Shown in pieces: positions 26,833 to 37,033 of a DNA stretch of 64,000 nt. Every line of letters starts with the position of its first letter. The first letter of the stretch is position 1. The notes under the pieces were generated by a model. It worked only from the letters and a program-made list of their open reading frames with translations, searched no databases and was not told the DNA's origin. A program made the translations under genes and the position numbers. This DNA comes from Capsulimonadaceae bacterium (GTDB lineage Bacteria; Armatimonadota; Armatimonadia; Armatimonadales; Capsulimonadaceae). The stretch lies in NCBI GenBank assembly GCA_965215505.1, contig OZ244065.1, forward strand, positions 5,184,001 to 5,248,000. The letters are read 5' to 3'.

Positions 26833-27996
26833 ATGCGCCGCGTCATCATCATCGTCCTGGACGGCTGCGGGGTGGGGGCCATGCCCGATGCTGCCACCTA
26901 TGGACCGACGGACCCCGCCTCCGCAACACTGCCCCATGTGGCCGAAGCGGTCGGCGTTCTGCACCTGCCCACGCTGGGCTGGCTTGGGCTGGGCAACGTC
27001 GCGGCCATTCAAGGCGTGTCGCCTGTCCAGGCCATCGGCGGCTTCGGGCGCATGGCGGAGGCGTCGGCGGGCAAGGACAGCGTAACCGGCCATTGGGAGC
27101 TGATGGGGATCGTGACGGAGACGCCGTTCCCGACGTATCCAAACGGCTTCCCGCGCGATCTGCTGGCGGAGTTTGAGGCGCGCATCGGGCGCGGGACCTT
27201 GGGGAACGTGGCATCGTCCGGGACGGAGATCATCCGGCGCTTCGGGGCGGAGCATCTGGCGACGGGGAAGCCCATCGTCTACACCTCGGCGGACAGCGTG
27301 TTCCAACTGGCGGCCCATGAGGATGTCGTGCCGCTGGCAGAACTCTATGCCATGTGCGGGGCGGCGCGCGGGTTGCTGACACCGCCGAACAACGTCCAGC
27401 GCGTCATCGCGCGTCCCTTCGTCGGCACGACGCCGGACGACTTCAAGCGGACGGAACACCGGCGCGACTATCCTCTGACGCCGCCCGTCCCGAACTTCCT
27501 GACGGTTCTCCGAGATGCGGGCAAAACGGCGCAGGCTATCGGCGTCGTCGCCGACCTCTTCCCGCGCTCGTACTTCGCCCGTGCCGAGCGGACCCAGAGC
27601 AACCCGGCCCACCTGACGGCGATTTTGGTGGCGGTCCAGACGGGGCGGGAGGATTTGGTCTTCGCCAACTGCGAGGACTTCGACATGCTGTACGGCCACC
27701 GCAATGACCCGGTTGGATTCGCGCGGTCACTGGAAGCGTTCGACGCCGCGCTTGACGGCATCGTCGCCGCACTGCGGCCCGATGACCTGCTGATATTGAC
27801 TGCCGACCACGGCAACGACCCGACGACGGCCTCGACGGACCATTCGCGCGAGTATGTGCCGCTGCTGGTCTGCGGCGGCGGGGTAGGGGGCGACCTGGGA
27901 ACGCGGGCGACGTTCGCGGACGTTGCCGCCACGGCGGCGAAATGGCTGGGGGTCCGGTGGGACGGCCTGGGCAAGACGGCGGCCCCGGTCGGATGA
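26833..27996 (+). CDS. deoB: Phosphopentomutase
   Basis: IVLDGCGVGAMPDA, GKDSVTGHWE, IVYTSADSVFQLAAHE, DMLYGHRND, TADHGNDPT..STDHSREYVP. Confidence 0.95.
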   Translation: MRRVIIIVLDGCGVGAMPDAATYGPTDPASATLPHVAEAVGVLHLPTLGWLGLGNVAAIQGVSPVQAIGGFGRMAEASAGKDSVTGHWELMGIVTETPFPTYPNGFPRDLLAEFEARIGRGTLGNVASSGTEIIRRFGAEHLATGKPIVYTSADSVFQLAAHEDVVPLAELYAMCGAARGLLTPPNNVQRVIARPFVGTTPDDFKRTEHRRDYPLTPPVPNFLTVLRDAGKTAQAIGVVADLFPRSYFARAERTQSNPAHLTAILVAVQTGREDLVFANCEDFDMLYGHRNDPVGFARSLEAFDAALDGIVAALRPDDLLILTADHGNDPTTASTDHSREYVPLLVCGGGVGGDLGTRATFADVAATAAKWLGVRWDGLGKTAAPVG

Positions 27997-28024
27997 CCAG
28001 GGCCGCTTTTGTGTCCGAGGCTGT

Positions 28025-31000
28025 CTAATCGGGTGAGGTCGTCGCCTCATTCCCCGCCGGTGCTGAGGGGGCGACGGGCTGCTGAACCGTCCCCTTGCGC
28101 TCGAACTTGCCCCAGCCGACCAGCGACCCGCGCACGGCGGAGACGAGCGACTTGACGATGACGTAGTACATGAGCTGCCGGTAGACGAAGCGCTGGAAGA
28201 GCAGCCAGACCAGCAGTTTCTTGTCCTCCCGGTCCAGCCGGAAGGCGACCCACGCGCCCAGCAGCTCGATGGCCGAGAACAAGGCCCAGTAGCCCAGCAG
28301 CATGGAGGCGTTCTGATGGCCCGTGTTCGGCGCGATGAAGTGGCTGTAGATCAAGGACCACACGATGGTCAGGTCCACGACCGGCGCGATAGCCTGGAAC
28401 CCGATCTGGTACACCCAGAGTGAAGGCATCGCGACCGTCCCGAATGCGCCGTAGCGCGGGTTGAACATCGCCGACCGGTGCTTCCACAAACACTGCAAGG
28501 TGCCGAAGGCCCAGCGAAACCGCTGCTTGGCGAGGTCGCGCAGCGTGTCCGGTGCCTCGGTGTAGGCCAGGGCCGCGTTGTCGGTGACGATCCGGTAGCC
28601 CAGCTTGCGGATCTTGAAGGTCAGGTCCGTGTCTTCCGCCAGGGTCTGCGACGAGTACATGCCCGCGAGGATTACGGCGTCCTTGCGCCACGCGCCGACC
28701 GCGCCCGGCACGACCGTGATGCAGTTCAGCAGGTCGAAGGCCCGCCGGTCGAAGTTCTGGCTCGTGATGTACTCGACGGCCTGCCAGATGGTCAGCGGGT
28801 TGTTCCGGTTGCCCACCTTGACGTTGCCCGACACCGCGCCGATGGCCGGGTCGGCGAAATGGCGCACCAACTTGTTCACTGTATCGGGCGCGAAGACCGT
28901 ATCGGCGTCGAGCGCGACGATGATCTCGCCCCGGCACTGCTTGATGCCCAGGTTCAGGGCCGACGCCTTGCCGCCGTTCGACTTGCGGATGACCGTCACG
29001 CGCGGGTCTGCGCCATAAGCTGCCGCCACGACGCCGGCCGTGTCGTCTTTGGAGCCATCGTCCACGACCAGGATGTCCAGGTTAGGATACTCGGACGACA
29101 GCAGGGTCGCGATGGTCTTGTTAATGACCTTCGCCTCGTTGTAGGCCGCGATGATGACGCTGACAGTCGGCGCATAGGCCGTGTCAAATACCCTGGCCCG
29201 CTCGCGCCGCGCCTGGACCGTCGCGAGGACGCCCATGAACACCATCCGGCTGATGCCAAGCCCGATCGCCAGCAGGAACAGGACCGTGAAGCCCGTCCCG
29301 ATCCAGTAGCTCAGGTCGAAGATCGCCCGGTCCACCGTCACGCCCCACGAACTCACGGCGGGGAACAGCACGGACTTCGGCTTGCCCACCAGGGCCGAGA
29401 CCGGCACGAACGTGTAGCCGCGCGCCTTCAGGCCCTCGATGATGAGCGGTAGCGCCTTGACCGTCTCGGCCCGCGTGTCGCCGCCCGCGTCATGCAGCAG
29501 AACGGCGTTGCCGTTGTTGGCGTTTGCCAGGACGTTGCTGACGATCTGGTCCGCCTTGATGCCGACCTTCCAGTCGGTCGGGTCAATCTTCTCGCCGATG
29601 AACAGGTAGCCGAGCTGGTCGCCCTGATAGACCGGGTCGAAGTCGGCCGCCGTAGAAGGCTCCGAGTCGGCCCGGTTCGGTGCGCGCCACAGCGTGGTCA
29701 TGTGGCCCGTGATGGCCTCGATGACGCGCTGGGTGGCGTCCAGTTCCAGCCGAGTCTGGAGCGGCGAGACGTTGTCCATCTCGGGGTGCGTGTACGAGTG
29801 GTTGCCGATCTCCATGCCCTCGTTCCACTCGCGCGAGATCAGGCCCGGATGCGCCTCGGCGTTCTGGCCGACCACGAAGAACGTGGCCGGGACGTGTTCG
29901 CGGTGCAGGATGTCCAATATCTGCGGCGTCCACTGCGGGTCAGGGCCGTCGTCGAAGGTCAGCGCGATCTTCTTGGACGTGTTCGCGCCCGTCGCCTGGT
30001 CCACCAGGCCCGTCCTGCGGATGACCCACTGCGAGGGGTACTTGGTGAACGTCTCGCCCGTGATCAGGCCCGACTTGGTGGTCGTGATCGTCCGCGTACC
30101 CTCCGTCGGTGCCTGGGCCACGTCCAGCACGTCTCCCTCCCCGATGAACGTGGTCGCGAACTCCTTGCCGTAACTCAGCAGCGAGAGCCGCTGCGGGTCG
30201 AAGGTCGCCAGCGTCCCGGCCTGCTGCCGGCCGAAGAAGCCCCACAGGCTGGGGTCCTCCTTGCCCAGCTCCCAGATGGCCGCGCCCAGCGTGTGGTAGG
30301 GCAGGGCGGCGCGCATCTGGTTCCAGTTCGTGGTCGCGTCCTGGAGCCAGACCGTGTGCGAAACCTCCCGGCTGCCCGCCCCCTGCGCCTCGTCGCTGTA
30401 GGTGAAATAGGGGCTGAGGCTGACCGGGTCGATGTGGATGACGCCGTCCTCGCCATACCGGTTCTGCTGGGCGACCTGGGCCGCCTGCTGGAACGACATG
30501 TCGGCGGCCTGCGTCGTGCCGTCCTGCCAGTCGTAGCCGTAAGCGCCCAGGCCCAGCACGACCTTGCTTGCGGGGACCTGCGCCATCACGCCCGCAAGTT
30601 CGGACTTGAACCAGTCCTGGCCGGAGATCGCCCCGGCCGCAGTGCCGTCGGAGTGCTGGTCGTAAAGCATCGGGACCAGGAAGTCGTTGGCGCGGGCCAG
30701 CGCGGGCAGGTCGTAGGCGTCGCTGTCGGTCTGCACATCCTGTGTCACCAGCAGGCCGAGTGGGTGGAAGGCCGCCGCGAGCTGGGCCGTGAAGGCCGTC
30801 ATGCCCGCCCTGTCGGTGTCCTGGTCCGTCTCGAAGTCGATGTTGACGCCCTGGTAGTGGCCCGCGACGATGTAATCCTTGAGCTGGCCGATGACGGCAG
30901 TGCGCCGCGCCGGGTCTGCCAGCAGGCTGCGGAGCCAGTCGGTGCGGAACTTGTCGCCGTCGTAGTTCTGGATGACCGGCAGGATGGCGACGCCGTGCAA

Positions 31001-31603
31001 CCGGGCCAGGTCCCGCGCGATGTCGTCATTGCTCTGCTCGTAGCTGGCGGCGTTTGCCGCCGTCTTGACGGTGAACTGGGCGATGGATTTGATCCCCTTG
31101 CCGCCCGGCGACAGCAGGAGCCAGACCGGCAGCAGGTGCGTCGTCTGCCCGACGTGCTGGGTCAGCGAGTCCACGGCGCTCTTGTCGTTGCCCTCGAAGA
31201 AGGCCGCGCGGACCGGACCGGCGACATGGCCGGGTAGGGCGGCGGGGACGGCCTGCGGGCGATGCTCGCGGTTGATCGTCTCCGACAGGTCGCGCTTGGC
31301 TTCCTGCACGGACTGGTTGCGGTTCAGGACGTAATGCAGCTTGGCGCGGGTCCTCGGGTCCACGACGGGCCGCGCCGGCTGCCCCAGCGTTTTGGGGCGC
31401 GCTTCGAGCAGGGCGGGCGCGAGGCCCAGCCGGGCCGCCGTCAACGAGATCGAGGGCAGCTTAGGGCTGAAGACGATGCTGACGGCGAACACGAGGCTTG
31501 CCACCAGCCCGATCAGGCCGGCGGTGATGAAGAAATATGAGACGATGCCCCAACGCCGGTTCGTCTCGTCAAAAAAGATTGGTCTCTGGCCTGAATCGTT
31601 CAC
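28025..31603 (-). CDS. GH18-like + polysaccharide deacetylase (CE4) + GT2 glycosyltransferase fusion
   Basis: GVNIDFE; LTFDDGP, GNHSYTH, LLHDAGG; DDGS, LDAD, LAEDTD, KQRFRW. GTG start at 31603 with gggag RBS preferred over the ORF-track start 31927. Confidence 0.88.
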   Translation of the reverse strand: MNDSGQRPIFFDETNRRWGIVSYFFITAGLIGLVASLVFAVSIVFSPKLPSISLTAARLGLAPALLEARPKTLGQPARPVVDPRTRAKLHYVLNRNQSVQEAKRDLSETINREHRPQAVPAALPGHVAGPVRAAFFEGNDKSAVDSLTQHVGQTTHLLPVWLLLSPGGKGIKSIAQFTVKTAANAASYEQSNDDIARDLARLHGVAILPVIQNYDGDKFRTDWLRSLLADPARRTAVIGQLKDYIVAGHYQGVNIDFETDQDTDRAGMTAFTAQLAAAFHPLGLLVTQDVQTDSDAYDLPALARANDFLVPMLYDQHSDGTAAGAISGQDWFKSELAGVMAQVPASKVVLGLGAYGYDWQDGTTQAADMSFQQAAQVAQQNRYGEDGVIHIDPVSLSPYFTYSDEAQGAGSREVSHTVWLQDATTNWNQMRAALPYHTLGAAIWELGKEDPSLWGFFGRQQAGTLATFDPQRLSLLSYGKEFATTFIGEGDVLDVAQAPTEGTRTITTTKSGLITGETFTKYPSQWVIRRTGLVDQATGANTSKKIALTFDDGPDPQWTPQILDILHREHVPATFFVVGQNAEAHPGLISREWNEGMEIGNHSYTHPEMDNVSPLQTRLELDATQRVIEAITGHMTTLWRAPNRADSEPSTAADFDPVYQGDQLGYLFIGEKIDPTDWKVGIKADQIVSNVLANANNGNAVLLHDAGGDTRAETVKALPLIIEGLKARGYTFVPVSALVGKPKSVLFPAVSSWGVTVDRAIFDLSYWIGTGFTVLFLLAIGLGISRMVFMGVLATVQARRERARVFDTAYAPTVSVIIAAYNEAKVINKTIATLLSSEYPNLDILVVDDGSKDDTAGVVAAAYGADPRVTVIRKSNGGKASALNLGIKQCRGEIIVALDADTVFAPDTVNKLVRHFADPAIGAVSGNVKVGNRNNPLTIWQAVEYITSQNFDRRAFDLLNCITVVPGAVGAWRKDAVILAGMYSSQTLAEDTDLTFKIRKLGYRIVTDNAALAYTEAPDTLRDLAKQRFRWAFGTLQCLWKHRSAMFNPRYGAFGTVAMPSLWVYQIGFQAIAPVVDLTIVWSLIYSHFIAPNTGHQNASMLLGYWALFSAIELLGAWVAFRLDREDKKLLVWLLFQRFVYRQLMYYVIVKSLVSAVRGSLVGWGKFERKGTVQQPVAPSAPAGNEATTSPD

Positions 31604-31755
31604 GGTGTTCGCTCCCCAAGCGTGCGGCCCCGATGCCGCCCCCTCGTCACTATCACTTCCGTCGGCACTGTACGCCGTCGTCCTCTTTAGAGCGCCGTCC
31701 GGGTGGTAAAAGTTCCACTCAGCGGCCCCGATTTGTGAAAAAGGGCGCAAACTAG

Positions 31756-31785
31756 TTGACTTGCCGGGCGCTTGTGTGTTATACT
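31756..31785 (+). promoter_or_regulatory. Promoter of atp operon
   Basis: TTGACT-18 nt-TATACT with TGn extended -10. Confidence 0.6.
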
Positions 31786-31855
31786 CAACCCCGGAAAAAC
31801 ATTGGAAACGCCGTAAAGCGCGTTCAGGGAACCGCCCGCGCTGAAGGGGGCTGCG

Positions 31856-32248
31856 ATGGCCGAGGACGACACGCCGAAACCGGCCCAAGATGACGAAGAG
31901 ACGCCGTATATCGCCGTCCCTTCCCATAGCCCATTGCCCCCCCCGCCTGAGATTCAGTTCACGCGCCCGACACTCGACCGCCGCCCGTCCGCCCCCCGCG
32001 CGGGGGCATCCAGCGAGTCGTCAAGCCAGGAAACCGACGGGTCCGGCGGACACGGAGCGGGTCTCGCCGCCGGCTTCACCTTCGTTGCGAGCATCCTGGC
32101 CGGGCTTCTGGCGGGGAGCTGGCTGGACAGCCGCTTCAACCACACCGGAACGCCCTGGGGCGTCATGGTAATGACCCTGGCTGGTGCGGGCGTCGGCTTC
32201 TCGAACATGTTTAAACTGCTGAACCGTGGGAACCGACGCAAGCCGTAA
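31856..32248 (+). CDS. AtpZ/AtpI family protein
   Basis: Two TMs with G..LD..F.....WG pattern; first gene of the atp operon. Confidence 0.8.
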   Translation: MAEDDTPKPAQDDEETPYIAVPSHSPLPPPPEIQFTRPTLDRRPSAPRAGASSESSSQETDGSGGHGAGLAAGFTFVASILAGLLAGSWLDSRFNHTGTPWGVMVMTLAGAGVGFSNMFKLLNRGNRRKP

Positions 32249-32260
32249 CGTCCCCGCCGC

Positions 32261-32740
32261 ATGACCATGACATCACTGATTGAAATAGCTCCTTCGGAGG
32301 CCGCCCCTGCGGAAAACGCCCCCGCGAAGCCTTCGGCCGCCCTCCCTGGCTTTAACCGCTTGGCTGGAGCCGCCTGTTCCCTCGGTGCGCTGCCTGTCGC
32401 CTTGCTGCTGCTGACCGGACGCCTCTGGCTCGGCGTCAGCGTTGCTCTGGGCGTGGGGATCAGCCTGGGCGTCTGCGGCCTGCTGTTCCTGTTCGTCGAG
32501 CGCGCCATGCCCGTCTTCTTCGGGTCGGTCCGGGGGCGGGCGGGGTCACTCGCGACGCAGGGGACGCAACTACAGTTTTTCTTCCTGCTCGGCGCGAAGC
32601 TGCTGTTCATCGCCCTGGTCGGCGCGGCCTTCCTGACGCTGCACCGCGTCAACCCCGTCGCCGTCCTCGTCGGCTTCGTCCTGGGCCAGTCCGCCATCGT
32701 CCTGTCCGCGATTCGCTTCCGAAGACCCGACTCACAGTAA
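32261..32740 (+). CDS. atpI: ATP synthase I-like membrane protein
   Basis: Four TM segments, position directly before atpB. Confidence 0.6.
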   Translation: MTMTSLIEIAPSEAAPAENAPAKPSAALPGFNRLAGAACSLGALPVALLLLTGRLWLGVSVALGVGISLGVCGLLFLFVERAMPVFFGSVRGRAGSLATQGTQLQFFFLLGAKLLFIALVGAAFLTLHRVNPVAVLVGFVLGQSAIVLSAIRFRRPDSQ

Positions 32741-32748
32741 AAACAACT

Positions 32749-33486
32749 ATGGAACTTCTGCCCTGGACGACTTACGCTTTTTACATTCTCCTAACCTCCG
32801 CGCTGTTGCTGGCTTTCGGCATCTTCGCGGTCTCGAAAAAGGCCACCGTGCCGGGCCGGGCGCAGGGCTTCGTAGAGTGGGTCATGGAGAGTCTGCGGAC
32901 TATCTTCTTGGGTGCCCTCGGCCCCGGCGGTGAGCGCCACCTGCCCCTCATCTTTGCCCTCTTCTGGTACATCCTGTTCTGCAACATGATCGAGCTGATC
33001 CCGTTCTTCCGGGCGGCCACGGCCAACCCGAGTACCACCATCGGCCTGGGGATCATCGTCTTCTTCTACACGCAGTACGTCGGCATCACTTCTAAAGGGC
33101 TGAAAGAATACCTGAAGCACTTCGTCGGCCCGCTGCTGATCCTCGCACCGCTGTTCATCGTCATCGAGATTCTGGGCGAGTTCATCAAGCCGTTCTCGCT
33201 CGGGATGAGGCTGTTCGGAAACATCTACGCTGAGGACCAGATGAACGACCTGGCGGCGACCGCCATCCACCTCGGCCCGCTGAACGTGCCCTTGCAGATC
33301 ATCGTCTACCCACTGCAAATCTTTACCGGCGTCATCCAGGCCTTCATCTTCGCCATGCTGACCTGCGCCTACATCGGAATCATGTCGGAGACGCATCACA
33401 ATGCTGAGGGCGATTTCGATGTGCCGGACGCCCACGATCACAACGTCAAAGAAAACACCCGTGCCCACGCTCCCGTGGCACACTAA
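32749..33486 (+). CDS. atpB: ATP synthase F0 subunit a
   Basis: KPFSLGMRLFGNIYA, IQAFIFAMLTCAYI. Confidence 0.95.
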   Translation: MELLPWTTYAFYILLTSALLLAFGIFAVSKKATVPGRAQGFVEWVMESLRTIFLGALGPGGERHLPLIFALFWYILFCNMIELIPFFRAATANPSTTIGLGIIVFFYTQYVGITSKGLKEYLKHFVGPLLILAPLFIVIEILGEFIKPFSLGMRLFGNIYAEDQMNDLAATAIHLGPLNVPLQIIVYPLQIFTGVIQAFIFAMLTCAYIGIMSETHHNAEGDFDVPDAHDHNVKENTRAHAPVAH

Positions 33487-33498
33487 GGAGAGAAACGA

Positions 33499-33774
33499 AT
33501 GGCTGGTACTTATTTTGGACTTCTCGCGCTGGGCGTCGCCCTAATGCTCCCCCTCGCCGCCGTCGGCGTCGGCATCGGTGAGGGCATGGTCTTTGCCGCC
33601 GCCATCCAGGGCGTCGCCCGTCAGCCGGAGGCCGAGGGCCGCATCCGCAACCTGATGTTCGTCACCTTCGCCCTCGTCGAAACCCTGTTTATCTTCACCC
33701 TGGTCTTCTTCTTCGGCTTGAAGGCTCTGCTGCCCTCGGCGGAGCAGATCCAGACGATGCTGGGTGCCCACTAA
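33499..33774 (+). CDS. atpE: ATP synthase F0 subunit c
   Basis: GVGIGEG, ARQPE loop, ALVET. Confidence 0.95.
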   Translation: MAGTYFGLLALGVALMLPLAAVGVGIGEGMVFAAAIQGVARQPEAEGRIRNLMFVTFALVETLFIFTLVFFFGLKALLPSAEQIQTMLGAH

Positions 33775-33795
33775 ACACTTGGGGATGACTCGGAC

Positions 33796-34371
33796 ATGAA
33801 CTTTTTGCAACAACTCGGAATTACGCCGGCCCTCCTGCTCACCCAGATCGTCGGCTTTCTGATCTTGCTCTTCCTGCTGAACCGCTTCATGTTCAAGCCG
33901 ATCTTCGGTATTCTGGACCAGCGGCAGGCGGACATCAAGGCGACCTACGACCAGATCGAGCAAGATCGCAAGCGCATGGAAGACACGCGGCGGCAGTACG
34001 AGCAGCGGCTCGCCAACATCGAGGCCGAGGCGCGCGAGAAGATCCAGGCTGCCGTGCTGGAAGCGCAGGCTTTGCGCGACAACCTCGTCGCCGACGCCCG
34101 CCAGCAGGCGGAGACCATTGTCGTGCAGGGCCGCAACGAGAGCGAGCGGGAGCGCCAGGCCGCTTTCCTGGAGATGCGTCAGCAGATCGTCGCCATCGCC
34201 ATGGCGGCGGCGGGCAAAGTCGTCGGTGAAAACCTAAACGACGCCCGCCAGACAAAGATGGTGGATGACTTCATCGGCAGCGTCGGCATCGGCGCGGTCA
34301 GCGAGTCCGGGCGCGGCGTTTCCGGCGGCGCGATCCACAGCGGGTCGGGAAACGGCGCGGCGGCACATTGA
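33796..34371 (+). CDS. atpF: ATP synthase F0 subunit b
   Basis: N-terminal TM (QIVGFLILLFLL..F.FKPI) plus coiled coil. Confidence 0.92.
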   Translation: MNFLQQLGITPALLLTQIVGFLILLFLLNRFMFKPIFGILDQRQADIKATYDQIEQDRKRMEDTRRQYEQRLANIEAEAREKIQAAVLEAQALRDNLVADARQQAETIVVQGRNESERERQAAFLEMRQQIVAIAMAAAGKVVGENLNDARQTKMVDDFIGSVGIGAVSESGRGVSGGAIHSGSGNGAAAH

Positions 34372-34928
34372 AAGACATCCGAGTCGCCAGCCGCTACGCC
34401 TCTGCCCTGTTCGGGGTCGCTCGGCGGGACGGCATCTTAGACGCCGTGGAGCAGGACCTGACCTTGATCAGCCGCTTCCTCGCCGACGTGCCGTACCTGC
34501 GTGCCGTGCTGATGCAGCCGCTCGTGTCGGTCTCGCGCAAGAACACCGTCGTGGATGAAGCCTTCGGCGACCGGGTCACGGCCTCCTCACTGAACTTCCT
34601 CAAGCTGCTCATCCGCAAGCGGCGTGAGGATCTGGTCGGCGAGTGCGTCCGCGAGTTCCGCGCCCTGCTGGCCGAACATACGAACACCGTGGACGCCGAG
34701 GCGTGGTCGGCCGTCCCGATGACTTTGGAGCAGCAGGAGCGGCTCGTCGTGAGCCTGCACAAACTGACCGGCAAGAAAGTCCGCCTGGTGGCCGAAGTGG
34801 ATAGAACGCTGGTCGGCGGCGTCGTCGTCCGGATCGGCGACACGGTCATGGACGGCAGCGTGCGCGGCAAGCTGGAGCGTCTGGAGCGGCAGTTGTTAGG
34901 GGCGAATGCCCTGGGAGGAACCGTCTAA
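34368..34928 (+). CDS. atpH: ATP synthase F1 subunit delta
   Basis: VASRYASALF, LVGGVVVRIGDTVMDGSVRGKL. Confidence 0.95.
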   Translation: MKDIRVASRYASALFGVARRDGILDAVEQDLTLISRFLADVPYLRAVLMQPLVSVSRKNTVVDEAFGDRVTASSLNFLKLLIRKRREDLVGECVREFRALLAEHTNTVDAEAWSAVPMTLEQQERLVVSLHKLTGKKVRLVAEVDRTLVGGVVVRIGDTVMDGSVRGKLERLERQLLGANALGGTV

Positions 34929-36443
34929 GTGGCAATCAAGCCGGAAGAAATCACGTCCATTCTCGAACGGGAACTGGAATCGTATAAGTCGGACATCGAG
35001 GAAGTCGGCGTCGGCACCATCCTACAGGTCGGCGACGGCATCGCGCGCATTTACGGCCTTCAGGACTGCATGGTCGGCGAGCTTTTGGAGTTCCCCGGCG
35101 GCGTGCAGGGCATGGCCCTGAACCTGGAAGAAGACAACGTCGGCGCGGTCCTTCTGGGATCGGAAACGGGCATCAAAGAGGGCGACACAGTCAAGCGGAC
35201 TGGCAACATCATCCAAATCCCCGTCGGCGAGGCCCTCGTGGGTCGCATCGTGAACGCCCTGGGCCAGCCGATTGATAACAAGGGGCCGATCGCGACCACC
35301 GAGTTCCGCCGCCTCGAAACCCGCTCGCCGGGCGTCGTTGAGCGCCAGCCGGTGAAGGAACCTCTCCAGACCGGCATCAAAGCCGTGGACTCGATGATTC
35401 CCATCGGGCGCGGCCAGCGCGAACTGATCATCGGCGACCGTGGCACCGGCAAGACGGCCGTCGCCCTCGACGCCATCATCAACCAGCGCGACACCGACGT
35501 CTACTGCATCTACGTCGCCATCGGCCAGAAGTCCAGCACCGTCGCCAACGTCCGCACGGCTCTGGAGCAGGCCGGCGCGATGGAATACACCACCATCGTG
35601 GCCGCGACCGCCGACGACCCGGCCTCCCAGCAATATATCTCCCCCTACACCGGTGCCTGCATCGGCGAGTGGTTCCGGGACAACGGCAAGCACGCCCTGA
35701 TCGTCTATGATGACCTGTCCAAGCAGGCCGTCGCCTACCGCCAGGTGTCCCTCCTGCTGCGCCGCCCGCCGGGCCGTGAGGCGTACCCCGGTGATGTCTT
35801 CTACCTGCACTCCCGCCTGTTGGAAAGGTCCGCCAAGCTGTCCAAGGAACTCGGCGGCGGGTCCCTGACGGCCCTGCCGATCATCGAGACCCAGGCGGGC
35901 GATGTGTCGGCCTACATCCCGACCAACGTCATCTCGATCACCGACGGCCAGATCTTCCTGGAAACAGACCTGTTCAACTCGGGCGTCCGGCCCGCCATCA
36001 ACGTCGGCGTTTCCGTTTCGCGGGTCGGCGGCAACGCCCAGACCAAAGCGATGAAGGACAAAAACGTCGGCGGTCAGCTAAAGTTGCAGCTCGCCCAGTT
36101 CCGCGAAGTGCAGGCCTTCTCGCAGTTCGCCTCGGACCTGGACAAAGCGACCCAGGCCCAGCTCGCGCGCGGCCTGCGCCTGGTCGAAGTCCTGAAGCAG
36201 CCGCAGTACCAGCCGATCCCCCTGGAGCGGCAGGTGCCGATCATCTACGCGGCCAACACGGGCGCTCTGGACGACGTGCCGGTCGAGGCCGTGCGCCGCT
36301 TCGAGTCAGAGTTCATCGCCTTCCTGGCCGACAAGTACCCGGAAGTGCCGGAAACAATCGCTCGCGACCGGGTTCTGAGCGAGGGAACGGTGGATGCCTT
36401 GAAGAAGGGCATCGCCGCCTTCAAGGCGCAGTTCAAGCCGTAG
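34929..36443 (+). CDS. atpA: ATP synthase F1 subunit alpha
   Basis: [36 protein letters not shown]. Confidence 0.98.
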   Translation: MAIKPEEITSILERELESYKSDIEEVGVGTILQVGDGIARIYGLQDCMVGELLEFPGGVQGMALNLEEDNVGAVLLGSETGIKEGDTVKRTGNIIQIPVGEALVGRIVNALGQPIDNKGPIATTEFRRLETRSPGVVERQPVKEPLQTGIKAVDSMIPIGRGQRELIIGDRGTGKTAVALDAIINQRDTDVYCIYVAIGQKSSTVANVRTALEQAGAMEYTTIVAATADDPASQQYISPYTGACIGEWFRDNGKHALIVYDDLSKQAVAYRQVSLLLRRPPGREAYPGDVFYLHSRLLERSAKLSKELGGGSLTALPIIETQAGDVSAYIPTNVISITDGQIFLETDLFNSGVRPAINVGVSVSRVGGNAQTKAMKDKNVGGQLKLQLAQFREVQAFSQFASDLDKATQAQLARGLRLVEVLKQPQYQPIPLERQVPIIYAANTGALDDVPVEAVRRFESEFIAFLADKYPEVPETIARDRVLSEGTVDALKKGIAAFKAQFKP

Positions 36444-36454
36444 CGACCTCCAAC

Positions 36455-36485
36455 AAAGCCCCGGCCAGGAATGGCCGGGGCTTTT
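36455..36485 (+). terminator. Terminator after atpA
   Basis: aaagccccggcca-ggaa-tggccggggctttt. Confidence 0.8.
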
Positions 36486-36556
36486 GTGTGTCTGGCATCG
36501 AGGGCCTCTTGCTCCGGGGCAGGGGCCTGAGTAACGTCAGCCAAACATACTGCCTC

Positions 36557-36585
36557 TTGACTTTTCCGTTGCCTCTTGCTACACT
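36557..36585 (+). promoter_or_regulatory. Promoter of TA locus
   Basis: TTGACT-17 nt-TACACT with TGn; direct repeat tgcctcttg at 36551 and 36570 overlaps it (possible operator). Confidence 0.55.
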
Positions 36586-36669
36586 GTCTATGATCTGTGG
36601 ACTTTTGTTTCGGCTGAAGTGCCAGTTGCGACTTCCGATGCAGAAGTATATAACAGAGGGACCAAAAAC

Positions 36670-36942
36670 ATGACTGCCTACCAATTCTACGAACAAGTTG
36701 TTAAACCGTTGTCCGCTGAGGAAAAACTGGCGATTGCCCGGCTGATTATGGATGAGGTGGTTCCTGATCCGGCCCCGCCGCCGAGTGCTAGGCAGCTTGA
36801 GCAGACTACGATGCCTCTCAGCCAATTTGGAGCTGGGCGCGACTTATTGGCCGGGATCGATGTTGACGAACTTTTGGCCGTATCAATAGACGATGTGTTT
36901 GCGGACTATATGCCGGAAGAACTAGATGCAGCACATTATTGA
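36670..36942 (+). CDS. Putative VapB-type antitoxin
   Basis: Small acidic protein with ...DDVFADYM near its end; overlaps the start of the PIN gene. Confidence 0.65.
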   Translation: MTAYQFYEQVVKPLSAEEKLAIARLIMDEVVPDPAPPPSARQLEQTTMPLSQFGAGRDLLAGIDVDELLAVSIDDVFADYMPEELDAAHY

Positions 36943-37033
36943 CACGCATACGTTCCTTTGGTTTGTCAAAGGCTCGGAGAAGTTGCCGACCTCCGTTCGA
37001 AGTCTCATTGATAAGTAGTTGTTCTAAATTAGA

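Noticed and set aside
31604-31927. N-terminal extension of the 1300-aa ORF
   Set aside because: Overlaps the atp promoter and first atp gene; a better RBS-linked GTG start is at 31603.
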